Notes: generated by a model not told the origin, from the sequence alone. A DNA stretch of 64,000 nt from Acidimicrobiia bacterium (GCA_040878325.1 JBBDMM010000004.1:1-64000); one strand, 5' to 3'. Counted from the first letter of the stretch, positions 46,200 through 56,599 are shown. Program-made: numbers and translations.

Positions 46200-47516
46200 A
46201 TGGCCTTGATGGTCCTCGCCACCGCCTGCGGTGGGGGCACGGGGTCCACCACCGTCACCACTGGGGCTGGAACCGCCTCCACCACCACGAGCAGCGCCGC
46301 GCCCGGGCAGGGGACGTGGTTCGACGATCTCGCCGCCGGCATCTGCTTCGACAGTGTCTTCAACGGCGACGACTTCGACTTCTCCACACCTCCGGCAATC
46401 GTCCCTTGCGAAGCCGCCCATGACAACGAAGTCGCCGCACTGGTGGACATCGCTCCCGGTGCCGGCGGTTCATACCCCGGCGAAGAGGCGGTCAATGACT
46501 CGGCGACCGCTGGGTGTGACGCCGCGTTCGAAGGTCATCTGGGCCGACCCCTCGGCGAAACGCTCCTTTCGGCCTTCGTGGTATGGCCCGACGAGGCCGA
46601 CTGGGCCGCCGGAGCGCGTCAGGCGGTTTGTGCCGTGAATTCCGACGAGCCCCTCCTCGGGACCACTTTCAGCGGCTCGCTTCAGGTCGATGGCGAAACC
46701 CTCGCGGTGCTTGCCGAGGTCGATGGCGTCCTCGACGTGTGGCTGATGGATGGCACCACCGGCGAATTGACGCGGAATCTGACTTCCGGAGAGGCCACCG
46801 GCACTCTGAGCTCTCAACCATCGTGGGCGCCGGACGGCAGCGCGGTGGCGTTCGCCGCGATCGGCGCAGGGGGTGACAGCGACCTGTTCCTGGCTCTCGT
46901 GGACGAAGAGGGCGTCCTGCCCCTCCTCGAGGCGGAGGGGAGCGACGATCGGCCGGTGATCGCACCGGTCGACACCAAGGTCGCGTTCATCTCCGATCGG
47001 GAAAGCGACGAATTCGAGATCTATGTAATCGACCTCGATGCGGGTGGGGTGGTCACCCGACTCACCGAATTCGAAGATCGCGACTCGTCGCCTACCTGGT
47101 CGCCAGATGGCACCCAGATCGCCTTTCGGCGGCGGACCGATGGCAACAGTGACATCTTCGTCATGAACTCGGACGGCACCGATGTTCGCCAGTTGACCAA
47201 CAACCTCGCTTTCGACGGAGACCCGGCCTGGTCGCCCGACGGGACCGAGATCCTGTTCACCTCCGACCGTTCGGGCAACTTCGACATCTGGGTGATGAAC
47301 GCCGACGGTTCGGGCCAGGTCGCGCTCACCGACCACCCAGGCGACGACGAGTACCCGACCTGGTCTCGTGACGGCGAGTACATCGCGTTCCAGTCGTACC
47401 GTCACCGAGCCACCCAGATCTGGGTGATGCGTTGGGACGGCTCCGACCAATCGCTGCTCGCTCTCGATGCCCCCACCGGCTACCCGATGTTCGCCCCGGT
47501 GGCGATCGGCGGGTAG
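46200..47516 (+). CDS. Lipoprotein with septum-formation-like domain and PD40/TolB beta-propeller repeats
   Basis: LATAC lipobox; GICF, VPCEAAHDNE; repeated P.WSPDG..I.F; start approximate. Confidence 0.78.
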   Translation: MALMVLATACGGGTGSTTVTTGAGTASTTTSSAAPGQGTWFDDLAAGICFDSVFNGDDFDFSTPPAIVPCEAAHDNEVAALVDIAPGAGGSYPGEEAVNDSATAGCDAAFEGHLGRPLGETLLSAFVVWPDEADWAAGARQAVCAVNSDEPLLGTTFSGSLQVDGETLAVLAEVDGVLDVWLMDGTTGELTRNLTSGEATGTLSSQPSWAPDGSAVAFAAIGAGGDSDLFLALVDEEGVLPLLEAEGSDDRPVIAPVDTKVAFISDRESDEFEIYVIDLDAGGVVTRLTEFEDRDSSPTWSPDGTQIAFRRRTDGNSDIFVMNSDGTDVRQLTNNLAFDGDPAWSPDGTEILFTSDRSGNFDIWVMNADGSGQVALTDHPGDDEYPTWSRDGEYIAFQSYRHRATQIWVMRWDGSDQSLLALDAPTGYPMFAPVAIGG

Positions 47517-47546
47517 CCGAGAGACGAAGCCCAACAACGGGCAGCG

Positions 47547-48542
47547 CTACTCGAACGCCTTGCGCATCTCCCTGCTGGTCGCGACCACCTTGTAGCCCAG
47601 GCCTTCGTACAGGCGAAAGGCGCCGGTGGGGTTGGTGGTGTGCACGCCCAGGGCCACCTCCGTCATTCCCATGCCACGAAACATCCGCATACTCTCGGCG
47701 ATCAGGGACCGGGCCACGCCCTTGCCGCGCCACGGGCGTTGCACCGAAATGCTCTCGGTGTATCCGCGCTTGCGGCTGTACTCCTTGTTCGAGTCGTGGT
47801 CGATGTAGTTGAGGACCATGCCGACGATCTGATCGCCCTCGAAAGCGACCCTCCACAACGAGGGATCCTTGCAGTAGTGGCCCCCGAGGAACTCGCGGTA
47901 ATCGTTTTCGGTGCCCGGGGAGTAGCCGACGTGATCCCGGAATGCTTCCTGATCGGCCTCCCACACCCTGCGGGCGTCGTCGATGGACATCGGGCGGAGT
48001 TCGAGACCATCGGGCAAGGGCAGGTCGGGAATCGGCTCGTCGAGCGGCCGGGTCATCTCGGCATACATCTCGGTAGGGGCGTAACCGGCCGCCTGGAGCG
48101 CCTCCCGCCGGACGACCTCGCCGTCGTCGAACCACGACTCGAACACGGTGGTTCCCGCGTCGTAGGGCTTTTCGGCGGCAATCTCCCGAAGGCGCGCCTC
48201 AGACCACTCGAGCATCGTGGTGCCCACCCCGAGCCCGCGGACTGCCGGATGCACCCATCCCACATGGACCAGCACCCGCACCCGGGTCGCCTCTTCGATC
48301 CACCAGGTGACCCGGAAGTAGCCGACGATGCCGTCGTCCGTCTCGGCGATCAAGAGGTCGGTGTCGAGATCGCAGTTGTTGAGATTGCTGTAGACGTTCC
48401 GCATGGTCTCGACCGTGTCGGTGCGGTCCACTCCGTCGGCCCGCTTGGCGGCAGAGAGCACCGCGACCATGCCAACTAAGTCGTCATCGCCCCCGAAGTG
48501 ACGGAAGCGGACGCGGTCGATTGGTTCAGGAAGGCTGGGCAT
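47547..48542 (-). CDS. Tandem-domain GNAT N-acetyltransferase
   Basis: VHPAVRGLGVG and WRGKGVA acetyl-CoA motifs; NPTGAFRLYEGLGY. Confidence 0.9.
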   Translation of the reverse strand: MPSLPEPIDRVRFRHFGGDDDLVGMVAVLSAAKRADGVDRTDTVETMRNVYSNLNNCDLDTDLLIAETDDGIVGYFRVTWWIEEATRVRVLVHVGWVHPAVRGLGVGTTMLEWSEARLREIAAEKPYDAGTTVFESWFDDGEVVRREALQAAGYAPTEMYAEMTRPLDEPIPDLPLPDGLELRPMSIDDARRVWEADQEAFRDHVGYSPGTENDYREFLGGHYCKDPSLWRVAFEGDQIVGMVLNYIDHDSNKEYSRKRGYTESISVQRPWRGKGVARSLIAESMRMFRGMGMTEVALGVHTTNPTGAFRLYEGLGYKVVATSREMRKAFE

Positions 48543-48562
48543 CGGCGTGGAGGATACAGGGA

Positions 48563-48756
48563 GCCTTCCGCCTTCCGCCTTCCGCCTTCCGCGCNNNNNN
48601 NNNNNNNNNNNNNNNNNNNNNNNNNNNNNNNNNNNNNNNNNNNNNNNNNNNNNNNNNNNNNNNNNNNNNNNNNNNNNNNNNNNNNNNNNNNNNNATCGCG
48701 CATCGCGCATCGCGCATCGCGCATCGCGCATCGCGCATCGCGCATCGCGCATCGCG
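48563..48756 (+). repeat. Compound array (TTCCGCC)x4 - gap - (CATCGCG)x>=9
   Basis: 48563-48594 and 48695-48756 flank the N gap. Confidence 0.92.
48595..48694. other. Scaffold gap (100 N)
   Basis: Run of exactly 100 n. Confidence 0.99.
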
Positions 48757-48761
48757 GACCT

Positions 48762-49730
48762 CTATCGGAGCGCGGCCAGGACTGCTTCGTGCACGGCTCC
48801 ATTGGTGGCCACTACTCCTCGGTTGTGTTCCAGGGTGGGGCCTGTGGTGAAGTCGAGGTCGCGTCCGTCGAGGTCGGTGACCGTTCCGCCGGCGGCGATC
48901 ACGATCGCCGCCCCCGCGGCGTGGTCCCACACTCGTTCGCGCCAGTCGGGCCGGCTCACCGGGCGCAGGTAGACCTCGGCGAGGCCGGCGGCGACCGCGG
49001 CGTACTTGGCCTGGCTATCGATCCGCACCCAGCCGCCGCCGAACCCGGCACGGTCCACCACCCGTTGGATGGCCGCCGGGTCCCCGTGAGACGTCTCGAC
49101 GCTGCCGAGCACCCTCACCGCGGCAGGATCGGCCACAGCCGACACCGAGATCCGGGTCGCGACGCCGCCCCCGATGGGCTCCATCCACGCCCCTCGCCCG
49201 GGGACCCCCCACAGCAGCACCCCGGTGGTATCGCCCATCGTCAGCCGGGGACAGCCGAGGACGCCCGCAATCGGGACCCCGGCGTCCAGCAAGCCCACCG
49301 CCACCGCGAACTGGTCGCCCCGCAGGAAGCCCTTTGTCCCGTCGAGGGGGTCCACGGCCCATACGGGCTGTCCCCCCCCGCCGGCATGGTCGATCCAATC
49401 GGCGAGGTCGTCCGGCCGACAGGGCGAACCGGTGACCTGGGCCACCAGCGACGCCACGGTCTCGGAGCCGGCACCACCCTCTGCGAGCAGGTGGGCGGAC
49501 CCTTCCTCTGCCAACACACCGTGATCAGGGAACGCCGCCGCAACCGCGCCGAGGATCACCGCCTGGGACCCATAGTCGGCCAGGGTGACCGGCTCCCGGC
49601 CTGCCTTCTCCAACCGCTCCGGTCCGGAGTCGGCGACGAGCATGCACAGAGCCGACGCCGCTCGCACCGCAGAACGGGCGGTGTCGAGCATCGCGTCGAG
49701 GTCGGGAATCACGGATGGGGATTGTGGCAC
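48762..49730 (-). CDS. 3'(2'),5'-bisphosphate nucleotidase / inositol monophosphatase family
   Basis: PVTLADYGSQ, AEE, WAVDPLDGTKGF, IDSQAKY, WDHAAG; start 49730 or 49712. Confidence 0.88.
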   Translation of the reverse strand: MPQSPSVIPDLDAMLDTARSAVRAASALCMLVADSGPERLEKAGREPVTLADYGSQAVILGAVAAAFPDHGVLAEEGSAHLLAEGGAGSETVASLVAQVTGSPCRPDDLADWIDHAGGGGQPVWAVDPLDGTKGFLRGDQFAVAVGLLDAGVPIAGVLGCPRLTMGDTTGVLLWGVPGRGAWMEPIGGGVATRISVSAVADPAAVRVLGSVETSHGDPAAIQRVVDRAGFGGGWVRIDSQAKYAAVAAGLAEVYLRPVSRPDWRERVWDHAAGAAIVIAAGGTVTDLDGRDLDFTTGPTLEHNRGVVATNGAVHEAVLAALR

Positions 49731-49770
49731 GGAGCTTCGAAGCTCAGCGCCACCCCCGGCCAGAGGACGG

Positions 49771-49796
49771 GCCAATCGCCAGTCGCCAATCGCAAC
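49771..49796 (+). repeat. Heptamer array (ARTCGCC)x3
   Basis: aatcgcc agtcgcc aatcgca, abutting the TAGGTT -10 box. Confidence 0.75.
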
Positions 49797-49809
49797 TAGG
49801 TTTTCCCGA

Positions 49810-50685
49810 ATGCGCTACCTCGACGCTGTCGCTACCCGCGAGGCGCTTTCGATGTCCGATGCGATCACCGCGATGGAGTCGGCTTTCGGCGACGACCGCG
49901 AGACGCCGGTTCGCTCCCGGCTGGGACCGTCGCTCTTCATGCCCGGCCGGGTAGGCGATCTCACCGGTATGAAGGTGGTGTCGACGGTTCCCGGAAAGCC
50001 ATTCGGCATCGTGGCGGTGTTCGATGCCGACGGACGATGCGCCGGCCTCGTCGACGGACCCACATTGACGGCGATTCGCACGGCGGCCGGCGCTGGCCTC
50101 GCCACGAGGCTCCTCGCCCGGCCCGATGCGCGGACGATGGCGATGCTCGGAGCGGGGGCGATGGCATACGACCAGGTGATCGCGGTGAAGGAAGTGCGCC
50201 CGATCCTCGACGTGCTCGTCTGGTCGCGCGATCCCGATCACGCCGCCGCACTGGCGGCACGGGTCGATGGAGAGGTGGCCGCCGACCCGACCGAGGCGGT
50301 GGCTGAGGCGGATGTGGTCACCACTGCCACCCCGAGCCGAGTCCCGCTGTTCGAATCCAGAGCGGTGCGTCCCGGAACCCACCTGAACGCGGTTGGGGCG
50401 TTCACCCCGGCGATGTGCGAGATCCCGCCTGAGGTGGTGAGGGTCGCGAAGGTTTTCGTCGACGACCTCGAAGCCGCCGCCGCCGAGGCCGGCGACTTGC
50501 TGCAGGCGGGGCGCGAGCCGGACGGGACGATCGCCGACTTGCTCGCCGGGAGGATCCATCGCCAGCGCCACCACGACGACATCACCTTCTTCAAATCGGT
50601 GGGGATCGCGAGTCAGGATGTGGCGGCAGGCGCGGCCGCGCTGAAGCGCGCCGCCGACCTGGGTCTCGGTGTGGAGATCGGCTGA
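49810..50685 (+). CDS. Ornithine cyclodeaminase/mu-crystallin family protein
   Basis: LTAIRTAA, LGAGAMA, HLNAVG, FKSVG...QD. Confidence 0.9.
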   Translation: MRYLDAVATREALSMSDAITAMESAFGDDRETPVRSRLGPSLFMPGRVGDLTGMKVVSTVPGKPFGIVAVFDADGRCAGLVDGPTLTAIRTAAGAGLATRLLARPDARTMAMLGAGAMAYDQVIAVKEVRPILDVLVWSRDPDHAAALAARVDGEVAADPTEAVAEADVVTTATPSRVPLFESRAVRPGTHLNAVGAFTPAMCEIPPEVVRVAKVFVDDLEAAAAEAGDLLQAGREPDGTIADLLAGRIHRQRHHDDITFFKSVGIASQDVAAGAAALKRAADLGLGVEIG

Positions 50686-50722
50686 CGGATGGGGCCTCCG
50701 GGCTCCTCTACCCTTCTCGAAT

Positions 50723-51115
50723 ATGACCACCCTCTTCTCCAAAATCATCCGCGGGGAAGTCCCCTCGCACAAGATCTACGAAGACGAACACACATTCGCG
50801 TTCCTCGACGTCAATCCGCGGCAGGAGGGCCACACCCTGGTGGTCCCAAAGCGCGAGGTGGACTACCTGTTCGACCTGCCCGAGGAGGACTACAAAGCCT
50901 TGTGGTCGGCGTCACAGACCATCGCCACGGCACTGAAGGCGGTGACGCACTGCCACCGGGTGGTGGTGCTCGTGGTCGGATACGAGGTGCCCCACGCTCA
51001 CGTTCACCTGATCCCCACCAACTTCCTCGCCGATGTGCCGTTTCCCCCGGTCGACGAGGCCGCCAAGGCGCGCCTCGCCGAGACCGCCGAGCGGATCCAC
51101 ACGGTCATCCGATGA
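50723..51115 (+). CDS. HIT family protein
   Basis: FSKIIRGE, GHTLVVPK, VPHAHVHLIP. Confidence 0.92.
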   Translation: MTTLFSKIIRGEVPSHKIYEDEHTFAFLDVNPRQEGHTLVVPKREVDYLFDLPEEDYKALWSASQTIATALKAVTHCHRVVVLVVGYEVPHAHVHLIPTNFLADVPFPPVDEAAKARLAETAERIHTVIR

Positions 51116-51702
51116 CATTTGGACCGCAGACGGCGCTCATCGTCGTCGACATGCAGAACGACTTCGTCGAAGAGAGCGGTTCGCTGACGGTTCCCGGAGC
51201 CGACGAGATCATCCCGTTCGTGAATCAGACGATCTCTGCTGCCACCGAAGCGGGCGCCCTGGTGGTGTACACCCAGGACTGGCATCCGTTTTCGACGCCG
51301 CATTTCGAGAAGGACGGGGGGATCTGGCCGATCCACTGCATCGGCGAATCCTGGGGCGCACAAATGCAGATGCTGGTCACAGTGATCGCGAAGGCACCGA
51401 TCATTCGCAAGGGAACCAAGGGCGAGGATGGGTACAGCGGCTTCACCGTACGAAACCCTGAGAACCCGGAAGAGATCGAGTCCACCGGGCTGCACGCCCT
51501 CCTCTCCGATCGGGGTATCGACCGCGTCGTGGTGATCGGCGTCGCCACCGACTATTGCGTGAAAGAGACCGCGCTCGATGCCATCCGCCTCGGATACGAA
51601 ACGATCGCCCTCGTCGACGGAATCCGCGCGGTCGACTTGGCCGAAGGTGATGGCGACGCCGCCATTGGCGCCATGCAGGAAGCCGGAGTGGCCATCGTTT
51701 GA
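51112..51702 (+). CDS. pncA: Nicotinamidase (isochorismatase family)
   Basis: VDMQNDF, DWH, WPIHC, KG...YSGF, ATDYCV; adjacent to pncB. Confidence 0.88.
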   Translation: MTFGPQTALIVVDMQNDFVEESGSLTVPGADEIIPFVNQTISAATEAGALVVYTQDWHPFSTPHFEKDGGIWPIHCIGESWGAQMQMLVTVIAKAPIIRKGTKGEDGYSGFTVRNPENPEEIESTGLHALLSDRGIDRVVVIGVATDYCVKETALDAIRLGYETIALVDGIRAVDLAEGDGDAAIGAMQEAGVAIV

Positions 51703-53030
51703 AGTGGATCACCACCGAAACTGCCCCGCTGCTCATCGACCTCTACGAGCTGACGATGGCCGAGACCTATCTTCGGGGGGACCTCGACCATCCGGCAACG
51801 TTCGAGCTGTTCGTCAGGGAGCTCGGCCCCCATCGCAACTTCCTGGTCGCCGCCGGCCTGGAGGACGCCCTCGAGTTCCTCGAGGAGATGCGATTCGACG
51901 AAGAGGCGATCGCATTCCTTGGATCGTTGGGACGCTTCTCCAGCGAATTCCTGAAGCACCTCGGAACCGTCCGCTTCGAAGGTGACGTCTGGGCCGTTCC
52001 CGAGGGGACACTGGTATTCGGCCAAGAGCCCATCCTCCGGGTCACCGCCCCATTGATCCAGGCCCAGATCGTCGAGACCTTCCTCCTCAACGCGGTGGGG
52101 CTGCAGACCCTGATCGCTTCGAAGGCGGCCCGGGTCCACATCGCCACCGGGGAGCGCAGGTTCGTCGACTTCGGGGCACGGCGCAGCCACGGTGCCGACG
52201 CCGCCTTGAAGGGGGCGCGAGCCGCCTACCTGGCCGGAGCAGCTGCCACCTCACTGGTGGCAGCCGGCTACCACTACGGGGTGCCGCTCACCGGCACCAT
52301 GGCCCACTCTTTCGTGCTCGCCCACGACGATGAGCAGACCGCATTCGAGGCGTTCGCCCGGGCGTTCCCCGACGATGCGGTCCTGCTGATCGACACCTAC
52401 GACACGGTCGAAGGGGCACGGATCGTCGCCAGAGTGGCTCCGCGGCTGCGGGCCGACGGTATCGAGGTCTCGGGAGTGCGCCTCGATTCGGGCGACCTGG
52501 GCACGCTCTCCCGTGAGGTGCGCGCCATCCTCGATGCCGCCGGGCTCCAAGGAGTGCAGATCCTCGCCTCCGGCGGACTCGACGAATTCAGGATCGAGGC
52601 GCTGCTGTCGGGCGGGGCACCCATCGACGGCTTCGGTGTCGGCAGCAGCATGATGACCAGCTCCGACGATCCCGGCCTCGACGTCGTCTACAAGTTGGTC
52701 CACGACCAGGACGGCGCGCTGATGAAGAGCTCGATCGGGAAGGCCAACTATCCCGGGATCAAGCAGGTGTTCCGGAGTGACCGCGGCGACGTGATCGGAC
52801 TCGCCGACGAAGTACTGGAAGGGCGCCCCCTCCTCGAGCCGTACCTCTCCGGTGGTGTCCGCACCAAGCCCCCCGGTGACCTCCACGCGATGAGGGCCGC
52901 GGTGATCGCGTCCATCGACGGCCTCCGCCCAGAGGTCCGCCGCATCGATGGCCCGGCGGATCCCCCGTGGAACGTAGAGATCTCACCGCGTCTGCACGCC
53001 CTCACCGACGAGGTCCGCTCCCGACGCTGA
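51699..53030 (+). CDS. pncB: Nicotinate phosphoribosyltransferase
   Basis: DLYELTM, DFGARR, GTMAHS, LIDTYD, VRLDSGD, FGVG. Confidence 0.93.
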   Translation: MKWITTETAPLLIDLYELTMAETYLRGDLDHPATFELFVRELGPHRNFLVAAGLEDALEFLEEMRFDEEAIAFLGSLGRFSSEFLKHLGTVRFEGDVWAVPEGTLVFGQEPILRVTAPLIQAQIVETFLLNAVGLQTLIASKAARVHIATGERRFVDFGARRSHGADAALKGARAAYLAGAAATSLVAAGYHYGVPLTGTMAHSFVLAHDDEQTAFEAFARAFPDDAVLLIDTYDTVEGARIVARVAPRLRADGIEVSGVRLDSGDLGTLSREVRAILDAAGLQGVQILASGGLDEFRIEALLSGGAPIDGFGVGSSMMTSSDDPGLDVVYKLVHDQDGALMKSSIGKANYPGIKQVFRSDRGDVIGLADEVLEGRPLLEPYLSGGVRTKPPGDLHAMRAAVIASIDGLRPEVRRIDGPADPPWNVEISPRLHALTDEVRSRR

Positions 53031-53094
53031 CCCAACCGGCACCCGCGTCAGGCAGGACGCGGTAGATTCAGCCACGCGTAGGGAAAGCGGGGCG

Positions 53095-53688
53095 ATGGCG
53101 ATGGAGAAGCCGGAACCGACTGACACAGATAGCGCGCCCTGGGCCGACGCGCCCGCCGGGTCCATGACCATCGACGCGATGGCTCGGGCGATCCTCGACG
53201 CCAACCAGCAGCAGTTCCTCCGTGGGGCCCGCAGCCAGCGATTCGCCTTCGCCACCATGAAGTGGCTCTTCATCGTCGTATTCATGCTCGCACTCGGTGC
53301 GATGATCGCCGCGGTCCGGATCGCCACCGACGTGCCCCCGGAGGGGTACAACTGGGCGCAGGCCGGAGTGGTGGCCGCCATCGCCGCCACCTCGCTGCTG
53401 CTCTTCACCGTCCTGCTGTACATGCGTCCACTCGCTGCGCTCGAACGCAACAGCGTCGTTCAGGCCTTCCTCACGGTCGTCGTCAACTCGTACTGGACCC
53501 GCCTCATGTACGTGAAGGACACCGACGACATCGCCGCCCCACTCGAAGACGCCACCGCCTACACGGTGGAGCACCTCGGAGCGCTCCTCGACCGCCAGAT
53601 CCTCGGCCGGTCGAAGTACATGAATCTGGTGCGACGAGCGCAGGACGAAGCGGATCAGGACCCAGGGGCTTACGCGACGCCTCTTTAA
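53095..53688 (+). CDS. Hypothetical two-TM protein
   Basis: Two hydrophobic helices; coding-like composition. Confidence 0.65.
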   Translation: MAMEKPEPTDTDSAPWADAPAGSMTIDAMARAILDANQQQFLRGARSQRFAFATMKWLFIVVFMLALGAMIAAVRIATDVPPEGYNWAQAGVVAAIAATSLLLFTVLLYMRPLAALERNSVVQAFLTVVVNSYWTRLMYVKDTDDIAAPLEDATAYTVEHLGALLDRQILGRSKYMNLVRRAQDEADQDPGAYATPL

Positions 53689-53766
53689 CGCCTCCCGCCC
53701 CCCGGCCTCCCGCAGGAGCGCGCGGCGACCGCGCTTCTAGTACCGGGTCGCCCGTCGCTAATCGCT
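53689..53766 (+). repeat. Short degenerate arrays (TCCCGCC)x3-GCAGGA and (NNTCGCY)x3
   Basis: 53689-53717 directly after the stop; 53746-53766. Confidence 0.6.
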
Positions 53767-53779
53767 TGAATACCAACCC

Positions 53780-55105
53780 ATGCCACGTCGCGCGGTTCCC
53801 ACAGCCCATCGCAGCACTCGGGTCCTCGTTGGTGAAGAACTGACCGCCGCCACCGTGGTGATCGAGGACGGACTCATCGCCGCGGTGCTCCGCCACGACG
53901 ACGACGGCGGCGTAGCGGTCGCCGACCATGGCGATCTCGTGATCTCGCCGGCGCTCGTCGACACCCACGTTCATGTGAACGACCCGGGGCGAACCGAGTG
54001 GGAGGGCTTCGAGACGGCCACCGCGGCCGCAGCCGCCGGTGGGATCGCCGTCATCGTGGACATGCCGCTCAACAGCGTTCCTCCGACGACGACGGTCGCC
54101 GGGCTCCACGCGAAGCGGTCCGCGGCTTCCAACGTGTCGGTGGATGTCGGGTTCTGGGGTGGCATCGTCCCCGGCAATCTCGGGCAGGTGAAAGCCCTCG
54201 GCGAGGAGGGAGTGTTCGGGTTCAAGGCCTTTCTCGTCGAATCGGGGGTCGACGAGTTCGGATGCATCGGGCTCGGCGAGCTCGACGACGCACTCGAGGC
54301 AGTCGCCGCGGTCGGTCTTCCGCTACTCGTCCACGCCGAGGCCCCCGGACCGCTCGCCGCCGCGCCACCGGCTGGTCGTGACTACCCGTCGTATCTGGCC
54401 TCGCGCCCGGCCGAGGCGGAAACGGAGGCGATCGCCGCCGTGATCGAATCGGTCCGCCGCACCGGCGGGCGCGCCCACATCCTCCACCTCTCGGCCGCCG
54501 ACGCTCTCCCCCTCCTCGAGTCTGCCCGCGGCGACGGGCTGCCGATCACCGTCGAAACCTGCCCGCACTACCTCACCTTCTGCTCGGACGACATCCGAGG
54601 TGAAGCCTGTGAGTTCAAGTGCGCCCCACCCATTCGGGACGCCGAGAACCGCGAACGCCTGTGGGAAGGCCTTGCGGCCGGGACCATCGACATGGTGGTC
54701 AGCGACCACTCGCCGTGCTCTCCCAGCCTCAAGCAAGGTGGGTTCGACCGCGCCTGGGGTGGCATCGCTTCGCTCGAGTTGCGGCTGCCGATCATGTGGA
54801 CCGAAGCGGCAAACCGGGGATTCGGTCTCGCCGACGTCGTCCGGTGGACCGCCACCGCACCAGCGGACTTCGCCGCCATCCCCGGCGGTCTGGTGGAGCC
54901 GGGCCGACGCGCCGACCTGGTGATCTGGGATCCCGATGCCGGGCGGGTCGTCGACGGCGACAGACTGTTCCAGCGACACCCCGTCACTCCCTACGCCGGA
55001 CGCAACCTCCAGGGCGAGATTTCGGCCACACTGGTCCGGGGCAAAGTGGTCTTCGGCGACGGACAGGTGACCACCGGCACCGGGAATCTGCTGGAGCGGA
55101 GATGA
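53780..55105 (+). CDS. allB: Allantoinase
   Basis: DTHVHVNDPG, DMPLNS, GFKAF, HAE, HILH, ETCPHY, KCAPP, SDHSP. Confidence 0.92.
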   Translation: MPRRAVPTAHRSTRVLVGEELTAATVVIEDGLIAAVLRHDDDGGVAVADHGDLVISPALVDTHVHVNDPGRTEWEGFETATAAAAAGGIAVIVDMPLNSVPPTTTVAGLHAKRSAASNVSVDVGFWGGIVPGNLGQVKALGEEGVFGFKAFLVESGVDEFGCIGLGELDDALEAVAAVGLPLLVHAEAPGPLAAAPPAGRDYPSYLASRPAEAETEAIAAVIESVRRTGGRAHILHLSAADALPLLESARGDGLPITVETCPHYLTFCSDDIRGEACEFKCAPPIRDAENRERLWEGLAAGTIDMVVSDHSPCSPSLKQGGFDRAWGGIASLELRLPIMWTEAANRGFGLADVVRWTATAPADFAAIPGGLVEPGRRADLVIWDPDAGRVVDGDRLFQRHPVTPYAGRNLQGEISATLVRGKVVFGDGQVTTGTGNLLERR

Positions 55106-56112
55106 GTGACTCGACCGAACTACTGGTGGATCTGGCTGCGGAACGACTCGGCGGCAAGGTGATCGCCGCCAACGACGAATTCTTCGCGCCCAAGGAGGGC
55201 CTCATCAGGGACGGCGACGCCGTCTGGGATCCCGACAAGTACACGTCGCGGGGCAAGTGGATGGACGGCTGGGAGACGCGGCGCCGCCGCGAGCCGGGCC
55301 ATGACTGGGCGATCGTCGCCATGGGCATTCCCGGCATCGTTCGCCAGGTCGTGGTCGACACGGCCCACTTCACCGGCAACTACCCCGAATCCGCCTCGGT
55401 CGAGGCCATCGATCTCGCCGGGAATCCGTCCGTCGTCGAGTTGGTGCGTGACCCGGGCCGGTGGAGCGAGATCGTCCGCCGCACGCCGTTGCGCGGCGAC
55501 ACCACCAACGAGTTCGCCGCCTCCCCACCCCTGCGCATCACCCACCTGCGGCTCGTCATCTACCCGGATGGCGGGGTGGCCAGGCTGCGGGTGCTGGGTG
55601 ACCCGGTGCCACCGCAAGGAGTGCTCGAGGGCGACCGGGAGCTGGATCTCGCCCTCCTCCACCACGGCGCCCGCGCGATCGACTGTTCCGATCGCCACTA
55701 CTCGTCGCCAAACCGGATGCTGGTGCCCGGCCGGGCCCGGGGAATGTGGGACGGGTGGGAAACCCGACGGCGCCGCGGTGCCGGCAACGATTGGGCGGTG
55801 ATTCGCCTGGCCGGGCGAGGCGTCATCGATCGGATCGAGTTCGACACCGCTCACTTCAAGGGGAACGCCCCCGGGTCGGCCGATGTCGAGGCGATCGATG
55901 CCCCCGGAGCCTCCATCGGTGAGTTGCGGCTGGCGGGGTGGACGCAACTGGTCCCCGAGAGTCCGGTCAAGCCTGACTCGCGACACAAGTGGACGAAGCT
56001 CGCCGACGTCGGCCCCGTCACCCACCTCCGGCTCAACATCCATCCCGACGGCGGAGTCGCCCGCCTCCGCGCCTTCGGGCGCAGCGACCAGCCATGGACC
56101 TCGATCGGCTGA
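55102..56112 (+). CDS. alc: Allantoicase
   Basis: Two repeats of DGWETRRRR, DTAHF.GN and PDGGVARLR. Confidence 0.93.
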   Translation: MSDSTELLVDLAAERLGGKVIAANDEFFAPKEGLIRDGDAVWDPDKYTSRGKWMDGWETRRRREPGHDWAIVAMGIPGIVRQVVVDTAHFTGNYPESASVEAIDLAGNPSVVELVRDPGRWSEIVRRTPLRGDTTNEFAASPPLRITHLRLVIYPDGGVARLRVLGDPVPPQGVLEGDRELDLALLHHGARAIDCSDRHYSSPNRMLVPGRARGMWDGWETRRRRGAGNDWAVIRLAGRGVIDRIEFDTAHFKGNAPGSADVEAIDAPGASIGELRLAGWTQLVPESPVKPDSRHKWTKLADVGPVTHLRLNIHPDGGVARLRAFGRSDQPWTSIG

Positions 56113-56594
56113 ACCGCCTCGACCCCGACGAGGCCCACGCGGCGTTACGCGATTGCTGCGGGTCGGGTGCTTGGGCTACGGAGATGACGCTGCGCCGACC
56201 CTTTGCCTCGCTGGCCGAGCTTCTCGACACCGCCCGGTCGACATGGCGATCACTCGACCCCGCCGACCGCGAGGCGGCCTACGCCGCCCATCCACGTATC
56301 GGCGAATCGGTGCCCGGCGACGATCGCCACCACGCCTGGTCGCGCGCCGAGCAGGGTGCAGTTGGCGAGGCGCCCGCGGGGGTCCTCGAGCGTCTGGACG
56401 CGTGTAATCGCGAATACGAGGCCAACTTCGGCCGGGTGTACCTGATCTTCGCCACCGGCAAGTCGGCCGAAGAGTTGCTGGCCCGTTGCCGCGACCGGAT
56501 CGCCAACGACCCCGAAGTCGAAGCCGCTATCGCCGCCGCTGAGCAGGAGAAGATCACCGATCTGCGTCTGCGCCGACTCGTGGGGATAGATTGA
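56094..56594 (+). CDS. uraD: OHCU decarboxylase
   Basis: CC...W, AHPRIG, S..EQ, N.EY...FG, EQEKI..LRL. Confidence 0.9.
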   Translation: MDLDRLNRLDPDEAHAALRDCCGSGAWATEMTLRRPFASLAELLDTARSTWRSLDPADREAAYAAHPRIGESVPGDDRHHAWSRAEQGAVGEAPAGVLERLDACNREYEANFGRVYLIFATGKSAEELLARCRDRIANDPEVEAAIAAAEQEKITDLRLRRLVGID

Positions 56595-56599
56595 GACGA

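Noticed and set aside
46800..47420. Repeated DNA segments in the lipoprotein gene
   Set aside because: Explained by PD40 beta-propeller protein repeats.
47547..48752. N-terminal extensions such as MRDARCA, ADGGWR, ETGDWR, PASRLP on ORF-track proteins (also 12701, 17178, 34462, 40860, 42691)
   Set aside because: These are translations of heptamer arrays; -10 boxes or RBSs support the downstream starts.
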